Assembly: GCA_951406725.2 (NCBI GenBank) | Contig: OX597818.1 | Span: 57,412,001-57,476,000, forward strand | Length of the DNA stretch: 64,000 bases | Direction: 5' to 3' | DNA from: Octopus vulgaris | Taxonomy: Eukaryota | Part shown: positions 40,171-53,829 of the stretch, in pieces | Layout of the letters: every line of letters begins with the position of its first letter | Position numbering within the stretch: the first letter of the stretch is position 1 | The notes under the pieces: generated by a model | Databases searched by the model: none | Told to the model about the DNA's origin: nothing | What the model saw: the letters and a program-made list of their open reading frames with translations, nothing else | Position numbers and translations under genes: made by a program

Positions 40171-40549
40171 ATATGCATGCTCATATATGCTTCCGTGTGT
40201 GAGAGAGTGTGCATGTCTATCTATCAATCTATCTACCTATATAGATCTATATTATATATATATAAACATACATCTATGAGCCAGATATTTTTATGGAAAC
40301 CACAAAAGATTTTACTTACGTCTGCAATGAACATCTCTTGTATAAAATTCGAAACTAATTTAGAAATATCTAAACACATTCCAATTTTATCTCCGTATTA
40401 GCAATTTGGGATTGCAAGAGAGTTTCTTTACAATAAAATGTTTTCCCCACAGTTCTCATAACTTTCAAGTACCACATAATACATAGAGACAACAATATAA
40501 GTAATTCTTTTGTTGTTTTGCTATTCTAATATTAACTGTCTATATATGC

Positions 40550-41187
40550 TCTCTCTTTCTCTCTCTTTGTAAATATCTATGTATGTGTGTGTGTATGTAT
40601 ATATGTATGTATATATATATAAATAAATAAATGTATGCATATGTATATATATATATGTATGGGTATATTTGCTTGTATATATATATATATGTGTGTATAT
40701 ATATATGTTTACGTATATATGTTTGTCTATATATATATGTTTATATGTATGTATATATATATATGTGTGTGTGTATGTATATATATGCATGTGTATGTAT
40801 ATATATATGTATATATGTATGTATGTGTACGTATATATATGTACGTATGTAATTATATATGTATATATATATATATATATGTTCATATGTGTATGTATGT
40901 TTATATGTGTATGTATAAATGTATGTATATATATATATATATATAATGTATGTATATAGATATATGTATATTTCTATGCATGTATCTATGTATATATATA
41001 TATATATATATATACATAGATACATGCATAGAAATATACATATATCTATATACATACATTATATATATAAAATATATATATATATATATATATACATACA
41101 TATATACATATATATCTATGTATGTATGTGTTTATATATACATATTCACATGTATACATTTACATATATATGTATATGTATTAATGG

Positions 41188-41245
<58 letters not shown>
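40550..41245. repeat. TA/TG low-complexity tract
   Basis: Read directly. Confidence 0.95.
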
Positions 41246-41250
<5 letters not shown>

Positions 41251-41890
41251 TATGTTTTTATGTATAATACGTATAACTTGCGCATATTTTGATGCTCCTC
41301 ACATGAGGCACATTGTGTGAAACTAACAATCTCTAAACTTATATTGTCTGTCCGTGTTGTCATTTGCTTTCCCATTGGTCTTCCTATGTTTTCAGGTATC
41401 TGAGATCTCTCTATTTATTACTCTTAATAAAAAATATCGTTATTTCATATTTTCAAAAGAAAACGCCCCCCCCCCACCATATTTCATGCTTACTTGTTTT
41501 TTATATCTTAATGGCATCGTATTCACTTTTCTGTAATAGTTTGTATATTGCCACATTTAAACCCAACATTGACTTCTAAAATCCTTTAATGTACATACTT
41601 AATATACACTAGAAAGGGGAGTTTTCGTAATAATGTTCCCCGATTATTCCTATATATTTACGGCATTATTAGTATAGTTTTGATGCTATATAAATCCATT
41701 TTCCCCACTGAAGCGATAATAAATTTACACGTGAGAGAATTTGTTTGTTGCAGTTCGAAAAATGACACTTTTTATTATATCCATCTGCATAGAGACACAT
41801 GTGTGTACTTCATAAATACATGTCAGTCAGAGAAATAAGAAAAAAAAAAATGAACAGCAGAAGGTTTGCACTAATACAATATAATATCAG

Positions 41891-42730
41891 GGATCTTTAC
41901 CCTTTGAACGGCAGATCGAGAAATTAATTTTTTTTTTAATTAAACACTTTCAAACTTCCGACACTTGTAGAATGTGTCATATAAAACATTTTTTCTCTTA
42001 GTGTTCTAGAGAAAATTTTGTATTTTCAAAGTTATTTCGTGTTAAAGTAGTCGTATTTCGGTAATTTCACCCAGTCAATGATGTGTATTCAACTGAATAA
42101 AATTACTGCCGTTGTTTGTCAACAACAACTTCCGGCGGTGTATATTTCGTTTGTCACTGTTATTTATGACATATTTCATCTCAGTTACGTTCGTATGAAT
42201 AAACGAGTCTATCTGAAGCATGTTTACTTCATGGCATCACCATAATCGTTCGAGCATTTCTACTGCTTTTAAGTTTTTTTCCTTGTTTTTCAGCCACTAT
42301 TTTCGGAAATACTTTTTTGCCCACCTTACCCTCCAATTTCATTTTTCCCTGTTTTCCGTAGCTCTAACTCTAAAATACCAACCCTAACTCTAAAACCCCA
42401 ACCCTAACTCTAAAACCCTAACCCTAAAACCAGTACAAGCGCACGAACGATGTCATAAATAACAGTGACAAACGAAATATACACCGCCGATAGTTGTTGT
42501 TGACAAACAACGGAAGCAATTTTATTCAGCTGAGTACACGTCATTGATTGGGTGAAATTACCGAAATACGACTACTTTAACACGAAATAACTTTGAAAAT
42601 ATAAACTTTTCTGAACAACGCTAACAGTAAAAGATGTTTTATATGACTCATACTACCAGTGTCCGACGTTTGAAAGTGTTTAGTTACAAAAAATTAATTC
42701 ATCGATCTGCCGTTCAAAGGGAAAAGATCC
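41891..42730. mobile_element. Palindromic MITE, GGATC...GATCC termini, 8-bp TSD (Merlin-like)
   Basis: TSD AATATCAG on both sides; ~300-bp inverted arms; central (TAACCC/TAAAACCC)n. Confidence 0.85.
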
Positions 42731-43599
42731 AATATCAGTATTAAGGTCTGGAGTTTTTTTCTGATGGCCAATCGAGCAGCAAGTAATATTTGGATTGTTC
42801 CAACTGCAGAAGGTTGGTATCTGGCAGAATCTTTAACGCATCAAACAACATTTCCTCCAGTTCTTTACGTTCTGAATTCAACAAGCCCTGAAATCCACTT
42901 TGCCATCCATCAAGCAGGTATCAGCAAAATATTGTAGGAGTCAAGCACCGGGGTCGATGTAATTGATTAACCCACTCCCAATTTTAAAATTGCTGTGCCA
43001 AAATTTAAAACGACTATCAAGAGGTAGCGAGTGGGCGGAATGCTTGGATGCATTTATTCCGGCTTTCTACTTCACAGATCAATTTCTGTTGAGGTCGACT
43101 TTGAATTTCGCCGTTTCGGGATTGTAAAATATATATCAGTTCAGTACTAGGGTACTACTATTCCACATCTCTGAAATTGCTCGCCTTGTGCCAGAAATTC
43201 ACAATGAGAAAGAGATTGTCATGCGGTTCTCACCACTTTGCATTTAATCCTTCGTGGGTCGATAAATCAAAGTACACATCAAATTCTGAGGAAAATGGCG
43301 AGAGACAACGCTTGCCTCAAAATTACTGCTAATTTATTGCCTAAACGCGAAATATTACCGTTTGGTACTTGTTTGGGGTGCGAGTTTAAATCGAAACCTC
43401 AGTAAGCAAGTTTCTGTTATGGCATAAATGTCGTTGGTATAGGAATAAAAATTATATTTCGTTTCCTCGTCCGTTAAAATACATGGCCACCACCAACCGA
43501 GAAGTTTGAGATCAAATCTGATGCAAGATTTTCTTGGGCTGGGAAAAACTTATTTCCTAAGAGAGTCAATCTTTCCACATATTCTTTGATAGCTACATT

Positions 43600-44195
43600 G
43601 TTTGCCCACAAGGGGCTAAACATAGAGGGGACAAGCAAGGATAGACAACCGGCTCAAGTCAATTACATCGACCCGAGTGCGTGACTGGTACTTAATTTAT
43701 TGACCCCGAAAGGATGAAAGGCAAAGTCGACCGCGGCGGAATTTGAACTCAGAACGTAACGGTAGACGAAATACCTATTTCTTTACTACCCACAAGGGGC
43801 CAAACACAGGGAGGACAAACAAGGACAGACAAACTGCTTAAGTCGATTATATAGACCCCAGTGCGTAACTGGTACTTTTTCAATCGACCCCGAAAGGATG
43901 AAAGGCAAAGTCGACCTCGGTGGAATTTGAACTTAGAACGTAACAGCAGACGAAATACCTATTTCTTTACTACCCACAAGGGGCCAAACACAGTGGAGAC
44001 AAACAAGGACAGACAAACGGATTACGTCCATATATATATCGACCCCAGTGCGTAACTGGTACTTAATCTATCGACCCCGAAAGGATGAGAGGCAAAGATG
44101 ACCTCGGCAGAATTTGAACTCAGAACGTAACGGCAGACGAAATACCGCTAAACATTTCGCCCGGTGTGCTAACGCTTCTGCCAGCTCACCGCCTT
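43600..44195 (-). mobile_element. SINE family A trimer
   Basis: Three bodies and one head. Confidence 0.85.
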
Positions 44196-44546
44196 ATGAC
44201 GGACAACGCTTTCCTCAGAATTACTACTAATTTGTGGCCTAAACGCGACATATAACCCTTTCGTAACTGTTTCGCGTGCGAGTTTGAATCCTGGCATCCC
44301 ATCTGCGCCTTTAATCCTTCCAGGGATGATCTGCTAAAATGCTCTCAATTGTTAGGGAGTCATTTAATCAAATATACACTTCCTCTAAATATCTGGCTTT
44401 TTGGAGTTTTACGCAGGCAGGAATAAAAGGTACTACTAGCGAACAGTGCGCGCACTCGCGTATCCGCGCTAGCTAGTCGTATGTAGTCGATCCTACAACG
44501 ACTTGCGCGTATGTTTGTATTTAAAGGCTGAATACATATCAAAGAA

Positions 44547-44973
44547 AATTAAATAATATTTTTCGAACAGCGTAAATAAAACGCAAAGTAAATAATTTTT
44601 TAAACTAAGTAAATAAAATTATTTTTTAAAACAATGTATATAATTTTTTACACAAATTAAATATTTTTCGAACAACGTAAATAAAACGCAAAGTAAATAA
44701 TTTTTAAAACTAAGTAAATAAAATTATTTTTTAAAACAATGTATATAATTTTTTTACACAAATTAAATATTTTTCGAACAACGTAAATAAAACGCAAAGT
44801 AAATAATTTTTAAAACTAAGTAAATAAAATTATTTTTTAAAACAATGTATATAATTTTTTTTACACAAATTAAATATTTTTCGAACAACGTAAATAAAAC
44901 GCAAAGTAAATAATTTTTTAACCTAAGTAAATAAACTATTTTTATAAACAAACTAAGGTTAGGGTTAGGGTTA
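44547..44973 (+). repeat. ~107-bp AT-rich tandem repeat, ~3.7 copies, followed by GGTTAGGGTTAGGGTTA
   Basis: TTTTTCGAACAACGTAAATAAAACGCAAAGTAAAT recurs four times. Confidence 0.9.
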
Positions 44974-45274
44974 AAAAATTAGGTACCGGAATAAATTATA
45001 TAATCACTTCAATAAGAATCCTTATGCAAAATCTATTTTCAGTGCCGTCAGACACGTTATGGATAAATTTGAGAGGGTCATATTGCCAATAAACACATGC
45101 ATTTAAGTTCACATTTAACTTCAATATAAATATATTTGTTATAAATATTTCATCCCCTTACGGTCATCTCTTCATTGAATTCGAATTTTTCGACTAATTT
45201 TCATTGATATTGTACGTCATAACTCATATGTGAAAGTAGTCAGGAGGAAAACCAAAAGCAGCTGTTTAGTCGTG

Positions 45275-45652
45275 GCACTCCGTCGGTTGCGACGACGAGG
45301 GTTCCAGTTGATCCGATCAACGGAACAGCCTGCTCGTGAAATTAACATGTAAGTGGCTGAGCACTCCACAGACACGTGTACCCTTAACGTAGTTCTCGGG
45401 GAGATTCAGCGTGACACAGTGTGTGACAAGGACGGCCCTTTGAAATACAGGTACAAAAGAAACACGAAGAAAGAGTGAGAGAAATTTGTGGGGAAAGAGT
45501 ATAAGAGGGTTCGACACCCCCCTGCCGGAGCCTCGTGGAGCTTTATGTGTTTTTTTGCTGAATAAATACTCACAATGTCCGGTCTGGGAATCGAAACTGC
45601 GATCCTATGGCCACGAGTCCGCTACCCCAATTACTGGGCCGTTGCACCTCCA
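45275..45652 (-). mobile_element. SINE family C (tRNA-Arg-like head, CGTCGTCGTAACCGACGGAGTG tail)
   Basis: Reverse complement of 54313-54700. Confidence 0.85.
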
Positions 45653-46125
45653 CACGCACATAACATGGAACCCTTATGAAGCCTGTATAAACTTGAAGCC
45701 TTGTGGCTGTCTATATGATCACCGTAACTCTTTAAATTGACACCTATTATAATTAACTTATCTATTATTTCAAAGTCATTAATTACGGAAAAAAATAATT
45801 GTTTTGACACAACTTAATAATCTGTTGAACACGTCTTACTAAAGTGTCTACATGACGTGACATCAAGTTGGCTGCTAAAGAAAAAACAGCATATTTCGTT
45901 ATATAAGAATAATAAAATTTCTTTAAAAAAATATTTTATGAAAAATAGAAAAAAAACGCATATCAGAGAAACCGTGTCAAGTACAATTCTAATAATCCTG
46001 ATGGAAACAACAAATATATTGATATTTTAATGGATTTAGTCTACTAAAATATTTACAAAGTAGAAAATATAAATTTGGTTCCCTTTATTTTTGTGCTTCA
46101 TATAATATTTACCACGATGAAATAC

Positions 46126-46307
46126 CTATCAGGAAAACCGCCACTATTTTTATTCTGTTTTACCACTTTTAATCTAATATCCGATAATTTGAACGTCAGG
46201 TGTCGTGGCTGACGTCCGTCAATTGCTTTAGAAACTTTCAGACAACTTGCCATTAGTAGTTCATCTGACCCCAACCATTTCCTGCTTTCTGAAGTAGCCA
46301 TTGTCAT
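46126..46307 (-). CDS. Probable first coding exon of an unknown protein with a PTB/PH-fold-like N-terminus
   Basis: MTMATSESRKWLGSDELLMASCLKVSKAIDGRQPRHLTFKLSDIRLKVVKQNKNSGGFPD. Good start context (AAAATGA); upstream acceptor TTGTTTTAAAG; donor AG|GTATTT; KWLGS resembles PTB KYLGS. Confidence 0.5.
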
Positions 46308-46819
46308 TTTAATAAAGATAAGCTGACAGAAGACTCTTTAAAACAATACATTCCTAAATTATTCATGTTATTTAACAATTTTTTTTTCAGTACAATCATT
46401 ACAGCATTTTCGCTATTTAAAATGTTATATTTAAGATAATTTATGGAACATAGTCTTTTTTTATCAACAAATGTGTGTAAAGACAGTTAAATCAAACTTT
46501 TACAATAAATCTTTTTACATAGATAAATGAAAGGCATTGTTATTTTTCAAGATTACTAATAGCAATTTTAAGCAAAAGAATGCAAATCAAAAAGTAAAGA
46601 TTTTACATCGCACTTAAAAGGTATTTTATTGAACTAAATTTATTCTTTTTTATCCGAATAATTTGAAATAAAACAAAACTGAAATATTTGCATTTAGAAT
46701 TAAGTTTATAGTACTGGTAAAGTTAAATTGATTAAATGCATACGTCAGAATATGAAGTTAGGCTAGAAGAAGGCAATCGAATCACTTGGTAGAAAATCGA
46801 AACCACAGCAAACACGTTT

Positions 46820-47053
46820 CTTATTTCTTTACTGCCCACAAGGGACTAAACATAGAGGGGGCAAACAAGGACAGACAAACGGATTAAGTCGATTACATCG
46901 ACCCCAGAGCATAACTGGTACTTAATTTATCGACCCCGAAAGGATGAAAGGCAAAGTCGACCTCGGCGGATTTTGAACTCAGAACGTAACGGCAGACGAA
47001 ATACGGCTACGCATTTCGCCCGGCGCGCTAACGTTTCTGCCAGCTCGCCGCCT
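46820..47053 (-). mobile_element. SINE family A
   Basis: Full length; CACAGYAAACACGTTTCT TSD. Confidence 0.9.
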
Positions 47054-47424
47054 TACACAGTAAACACGTTTCTGTTATGGCATAAATGTCGTTGGTAAAA
47101 GAATGGAAATTATATCTCGTTTCCTCGCCCGTTAAAATCCATGGCTTTGGACTACATCCAACCGAAAAGTTTGAGGTCAAAATTGTTGCAAGGTTTTCTT
47201 GGGCTGAGAAAAAAAATCTACGTTGTTTCCTAATATATGTTTCGACATATACTTTGATAACTGAGTCGTATTATCATGGTTGTAAAACGAAATACGGAGT
47301 TCTTACTAGCCATTAATATTTTCGTAGCAGTTGCCAGGAATTAGAATAAAATGAAACAAACTATTATCTAATGCGAAATGCTTTTCAAAAACCCAGGAAA
47401 GTACGTAAATTTGTCTCTATATTG

Positions 47425-48072
47425 GGATCTTTACCCTTTGACCGACAGATTTAGATAATGATTTTTTGTAACTAAACACTTTCAAAGTTAGGACACTGGT
47501 AGAATGTGTCATATAAAACATCTTTTACTTTTAGCGTTTTTGAGAAAAGATTATATTTAGGAAGTTATTTCACGTTAAAGTTGTAGTATTTCGGTAATTT
47601 CAACCAATCAATGACGTGTATTCAGCTGAATAAAATTTCTGCCGTTGTTTGTCAACAACAACTATCGGTGGTGTATATTTCATTTGTCACTGTTATTTGT
47701 GGCATCTTTCGTGCATTCGTACTGGTTTTAAGGTTTTAGGGTAAGAGTCAAGGTTTTAGGGTTAGGGTTAAGGTTTTAGGGTTAGGGTTAACATATATAA
47801 CAGTGACAAACAAAATATACAACGCCAGAAGAAGTTGTTGTTGACAAACAACTGCAGTAACATTATTCAGCTGAATACACGTCATTGATTGGTTGAAATT
47901 ACCGAAATAGGACAACTTTAACGTGAAATAACTTCGTAAATATAAGTTTTTCTCAAAAATGCTAAGAGTAAAATATGTTTTATATGACACATTCTACCAA
48001 TGTTCAAAGTTTGAAAGTGTTTAGTTACAAAAAAATTATTTTTTAAATCTGTAGGTCAAAAGGTTAGGATCC
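47425..48072. mobile_element. Palindromic GGATC-terminal MITE with central TTAGGG-like repeats
   Basis: Same family as 41891-42730, opposite internal orientation. Confidence 0.85.
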
Positions 48073-48307
48073 CGACACAGGAATAATCAACCTAAAGGAG
48101 CGATTGTATAGAAGATTTTAATTCAAGAATAGATTAATTTATATGATTCTGGCAAATGGAGAAAAGATATTTTCCCAAAAGAGACATTCGGTATTTCTTG
48201 TCGATCTTTTAATTACCTAATAAGAATCAATTTAATTATTGACTATGAATTACTCGAAGTCTAACCAACAGTCCTGAGTTGAAAACCATATTCTTATATT
48301 TTGCAGT

Positions 48308-48680
48308 GTGGAGGCGTAATGGCCGGTGGTTAGGACAGAGGACTCGCGATCGAAGGATCGCGTTTTCGATTCCCAGATAGGGCATTATGAGTGTTTATTG
48401 AGCAAAACATCTAAAGCTTCACGAGGCTCCGGCAGAGGATTGTGGCAAACCCTGCTATACTCTTTCACCACAACTTTCTCCGCTCCCCCTCTCTCCCTGC
48501 TTCTGTTGTACCTGTATTTCAGAGGGCCAGCCTTGTGTCACGCCGAATCTCCCCGAGAACTACGGTAAGGGTACACGTATCTGTGGAGTGCTCAGCCACT
48601 TGCACGTTAATTTCCCGAGCAGGCTGTTCCGTACATCACATCAACTGGAACCCTCGTCGTCGTAACCGACGGAGTTCCAC
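48308..48680 (+). mobile_element. SINE family C
   Basis: Head and tail match consensus. Confidence 0.85.
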
Positions 48681-48829
48681 GACTGAGGAGATACTTTTGG
48701 CTTTATTTCCTAACTAATTTCACACATGAGTTATGACTTACAATATAAATGAAAATTAGTTGGAAAATTCGAATTCAATGAAGAGATGACGGTAAGGTGA
48801 TAAAGTATTTATAACAAATATATTTATAA

Positions 48830-49211
48830 CTAGCAGTATCGCTCGGCGTTGCTCGGGTTTGTAAGGGAAATAATTATAAAGCATTTTTAGATAGTTATAG
48901 CCAAAAAATGGGAAAAAAATGGGAAAAAAATGATAGTAATTTTTTTGAGAGTTAAAAAGGTCGAGTTGCATCCCCTAGACAGTCTGTGGTTTGTGTTTCT
49001 GATTCTCGACCCCATGTCGAATTTATCGATTTTTTTCAGAACTGGGGGAACTTTTCAAAATTTTCGCTGCGTTAGTTTTGAATTATGACATTGGGCTATG
49101 TGTATGTCAAGTTTCATCAGAATCGGTTGAAAGCCGTGGTCAGGGTGAGGGTACAACCTAACAGACACACAGACACGCAGACAGACAAACTGCCGTTTAT
49201 ATAGAGAGAGA
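48830..49211 (-). mobile_element. Non-autonomous Helitron
   Basis: 5' TCTCTCTCTATATAAA; 3' CCCGAGCAACGCCGAGCG hairpin + ATACTGCTAG; A|T insertion. Confidence 0.85.
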
Positions 49212-49582
49212 TGAAATTAATTACGAACATAAATGCATGTATTTAATGGCACTATAACACTCGCAAAGTAAAATTAAATCAATTTATTCGTCTTATCTGA
49301 ATTTACAATTTGATAATTTATTCACTGCAATAACGTAGAAGGTATAAAATTAACTTATTGCTAATATTTCATACAGAATGTAATATAAGGTGGTCAGAAT
49401 ATGTGTTCGCAAATTGTATTGAAGTTATCACAGGTTCTAAGAATAAGATTGAAGTTGACGTACATCCTACTGAATTTTATAAGATTTCTAAAAGATCTGC
49501 ATAACTCTTGGAAAATGTGATATTTATGTTTCGTATAAACAAGGACACATAAAGTCGACGAATAATAATAATGATGATGATG

Positions 49583-49613
<31 letters not shown>

Positions 49614-49986
49614 TAAGGCGAATTTGCTTTGTGATTTATAAAAACAGTATGTCCACGTAAACACAAATTCGATTTCCTTCAGGTTATATATCATTTTATA
49701 TATTCATTTTGACAATGATATATAACGTAATAAATGGTATTTCTTCAGAGATTTCAAGTATAGTGATTGAAAGTTATCAGAGATATATGTGTATTAACCG
49801 CATTGGAATTGGCAGTGAATTCGGAAACTAATTTGCAACTTTGCTTACTACTTTTTGTGGAAGAAAATGGAATCCAGCTTGTTATTGTTACCATTATTAC
49901 AGACATCTGGAGCCTGGTTATATGAGCAAGCAAACAAAACAATTTGTATAAACTTAGTATCAAAAGTAGAATGTACAGAATAATAA

Positions 49987-49987
<1 letters not shown>

Positions 49988-50078
<91 letters not shown>

Positions 50079-50124
50079 GTCTATCTATCTGTCTGTCTAC
50101 TTATCTATCTATCTGTCTGTCTAC

Positions 50125-50178
<54 letters not shown>

Positions 50179-50220
50179 GTCTATCTATCTATCTGTCTGT
50201 CTGTCTGTCTGTCTGTCTAT
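49988..50220 (+). repeat. (ATCT)n/(GTCT)n microsatellite
   Basis: Read directly. Confidence 0.95.
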
Positions 50221-50239
50221 ATATACTTTTTATTCTTTT

Positions 50240-50483
50240 ATTCTTTTACTTGTTTCGGTCCTTTGACTGCGACCATGCTGGATCACTGCATGATTTTATT
50301 TACTCGCAAGTGTTTTAGTCGAAGAAATCGACGTCATGTCGTATACTTTGTGAGCCTATTACTTATTCTATCGCTTTATTTTTCCGAACTGCTAAGTTAA
50401 TGGCGAAAGAAAAGCATCAGCATCGGTTATAAAGCAATGGCGGGGAGAAAAACAGACACACGCATAAACGCACACACGTACGC

Positions 50484-50514
<31 letters not shown>

Positions 50515-50930
50515 TGTGTATATGCGAAGGGCTTCTCTCATTTCCGCCAGCCAGATCCAGTTATAAGGCTGTGGTCGGCCTTGGGCTATAGTAGTACCAC
50601 ACAGTCGGACTGAACCCGGAACCATGTGGTTGCGTGGTGATGTCCTATAATGTATGCCATCTTATTCGTCAGTTTTCATGCCTTATATATTCTTTTTATT
50701 CTTTTAATTGTTTCAGGCATTTGAATGCGCCCATGCTGGAGCACCGCCTTTAGCCGAACACATCGACCTCGTGGCTTATTCTTTGTAAGCCTAGTACTTA
50801 ATCTATCGTTTTTTTTGTCGAACAGCTAGGTTACAGGGACGTGAACACAACAACATATCTTGTCAAGCGATGGAGTGGGGGGGGGGGCAAACAGCCGAAG
50901 TCAAATGACTGAAACAAGTAGAAGAGTAAA
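50240..50930. mobile_element. Degenerate SINE family B pieces
   Basis: CATGCTGGAGCACCGCC and GAACCCGGAACCATGTGGTTG motifs. Confidence 0.7.
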
Positions 50931-51269
50931 AAGGGAGTATATTAGTAAACCAAAACCATTTATTTCAAAGATGTATTTATGTTTAACAACTGAATGAATT
51001 TAATAAAAGTATCTAAATACGAAACAAGACGATTGTTTAAACTGAAGTCCGTATTGAGCGACACATTTTTCTATTCGACTCAATACAGAATTACAGATAC
51101 TATTTATAGATTTTTGATTTACTTACAGGTGCCATTTGGCCAACCCTTTACACACACACACTCACCCACCCACACAAACACACACACACATGTATGTGTA
51201 TGCGTGCGTCTGTATGTGGGTGGCTTTGTACGTATGCATATATAATAGACTATCATATACATAAAATAC

Positions 51270-51720
51270 GTATTTCTTTACTACCCACAAGGGGCTAAAC
51301 ATACAGGGGGCAAACAAGGACAGACAAACGGATTAAGTCTATTACATCGACCCCAGTGCGTAATTGGTACTTAATTTATCGACCCCGAAAGGATGAAAGG
51401 CAAAGTCGACCTCGGCGGAATTTGAACTCAGAACGCAGCAGCGGACGAAATACCGCAAAGCATTTCTCCCGGCGTGCTAACGTTTCTATATCTTTTACTA
51501 CCCACAAGGGGCTAAATACAGAGAGGACAAACAGGACAGACAAACGGATTAAGTCGATTATATCGACCCCAGTGCGTAACTGGTACTTATTTAATCGACC
51601 CCGAAAGGATGAAAGGCAAAGTCGACCTCGGCGGAATTTGAACTCAGAACGCAGCAGCGGACGAAATACCGCAAAGCATTTCTCCCGGCGTGCTAACGTT
51701 TCTGCCAGCTCGCCGCCTTT
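51270..51720 (-). mobile_element. SINE family A dimer
   Basis: TSD TACATAAAATACGT. Confidence 0.9.
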
Positions 51721-52324
51721 TACATAAAATACGTTAGTTCACAGTATAGACAATAATTTGAATAAGTTCAACCAGTCACGTTTGTAATATATTTTGTATA
51801 TGCTTTCCTGGTACCATAGTCACCGTAGATTTCAGAAAATGTGTAGATTTGTGAAAGCAATTTATTCTACAGTTACTGACTTTTTCTTTTGTTAGACTAG
51901 TGTAGAAGCCTTCTGTAGTTCTGTGATCAATAGTACAACGTGTTTATCACGTTGCCATTGTGCTGGCAGTTGGGTTGTTGTTTCTTAATATCATCATAGT
52001 GTACCAAGCGAGAACCATACAAATCTTTTGTTCAATTTCTTTTGTTGAGCGTCATACACGTAAATATGAAACTTGAATAATATTTCTATGGCTGTGCTGC
52101 CTAAAAAAAAAATAACAAAAACATGAAGGTGAATAAAATATTCTTGCTGAAAGGTTGGCATTCCGTTAATTTTTTTCGACTAGCACTCTGGCAAAATGTT
52201 TAAATTAAACGATGTTATTGATAATATTTTTAATATCGTGTGTATAAGGATGATATCCTTGTTTAGATTGAATAACGGAGACAATATTTTTTAGATAGAT
52301 GTTCGCATAGCATCTTTGGATTTT

Positions 52325-52735
52325 GCGAGATGGCAGAATCGTTCGCATGCCGGGTTAAATGTTCAGCACTATTTCGTCTGCCGTTATGTTCTGAGTTCAA
52401 ATTCCGCCGAGGTCGACTTTGCCTTTCATCATTTCGGGGTCGATAAAACAAGTATCAGTTACGCACTGGGGTCGACATAATCAACTTAATCCGTTTGTCT
52501 GTCCTTGTTTTCCGCCCTCTGTGTTTAGCCCCTTGTGTGCAGTAAAGAAATAGGTATTTCGTCTGTTGCTACGTTCTGAGTTCAAATTCTGCCGAGGTCG
52601 ACTTTGCCTTTCATCCTTTCGGGGTCGATTAAATAAGTACCAGTTACGCACCGAGGTCGATATAATCGACTTAATCCGTTTGTCTGTCCTTGTTTGTCCT
52701 CTATGTGTGTAGCCCCTTGTGGGCAGTAAATAAGA
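52325..52735 (+). mobile_element. SINE family A dimer
   Basis: Matches consensus. Confidence 0.85.
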
Positions 52736-52803
52736 AATGCTTAGTTTTTGTTTGTAGTGGATTCTAATAATTCTTTGGAGGCATTTGCAAAGATGGAGTT
52801 CAA

Positions 52804-52953
52804 GGATCTTTACCTTTTGACCTACAGATTTAAAAAATAATTTTTTGGCACTAAACACTTTCAGACTTCGGACACTAGTAGAATGTATCATATAAAACAT
52901 CTTTTACTCTTAGCATTTTTGAGAAAAACTTATATTTACGAAGTTAAAGATCC
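52804..52953. mobile_element. Internally deleted GGATC-terminal MITE
   Basis: Left arm plus terminal AAAGATCC; degenerate 8-bp TSD GAGTTCAA/GAGCTCGA. Confidence 0.7.
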
Positions 52954-53279
52954 GAGCTCGATTTAACAACAAATTTTGCTCGTCATATTTCCATTGTGTT
53001 TTCCTATTTATATTTATGTCACCATAGATATTATATGCAGTTGTGCATTGTATGTATACGCTGAAGAGTGTTGCTTTGTATTCCTGTATATAATTGTGGT
53101 TTCGTTTCGTAAAAATCAAAGCTCAGTCAAAGTAGCATTTTCCATCGTTTGATTTCTTCTTCCGCTCTTTAAAGGCGATACATACGAGTGCCCCTGTGTC
53201 TCTGTGCCATTTTCGCTTGCTGCTCTGTCTTCTACATCTCATTATATCGTGTAGTAGTATCGTTTGCAATTCATATTAT

Positions 53280-53645
53280 ACTTTTATTCATGTACTTGTT
53301 TTGGTCATTTGACTGCGGCTATGCTGGAGCACCACTTTTAGTCGAAACAATCGACCCCAGGACTTATTCTTTGTAAGCCTAGTACTTATTCTATCGATAT
53401 CTTTTGCCAAACAGATAAGTTACAGAGACGTAAACATACCAGCAACGGTTGACAAGCGAGGCTGAGGACAACACACACACACACACACAAACATACACAC
53501 ATATATATATACGACGGGCTTCTTTCAGTCTCCGTCTACCAAATCCACTCACAAGGCTTTGGTCGGCCCGAGGCTATAGTGGAAGGCACTTGCTTAGCAA
53601 CCATGTGGTTGTAAGCAAGCTACTTACCACACAACCACTCCTTCA
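53280..53645 (-). mobile_element. SINE family B
   Basis: Matches consensus. Confidence 0.8.
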
Positions 53646-53778
53646 CCCATGTTTATTTTAAAGCAGTGAAGTGTGTTTATCTCACTGAGTGGGAAGTATA
53701 AAGCCATTTGCAGTTATTTGGTGTTCCCGATAAAAAGGAGAAACAAGGCATTTAGCTTGGGAAAAGGAATATTTGTGT

Positions 53779-53826
<48 letters not shown>

Positions 53827-53829
<3 letters not shown>

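Noticed and set aside
41295-41335. GCACA-T-TGTGT-GAAAC hammerhead-like stem
   Set aside because: The CUGANGA core is not recognisable.
51356-51727. Recurrent MRNWYLIYRPRKDERQSRPRR peptide family
   Set aside because: Antisense reading of SINE family A.
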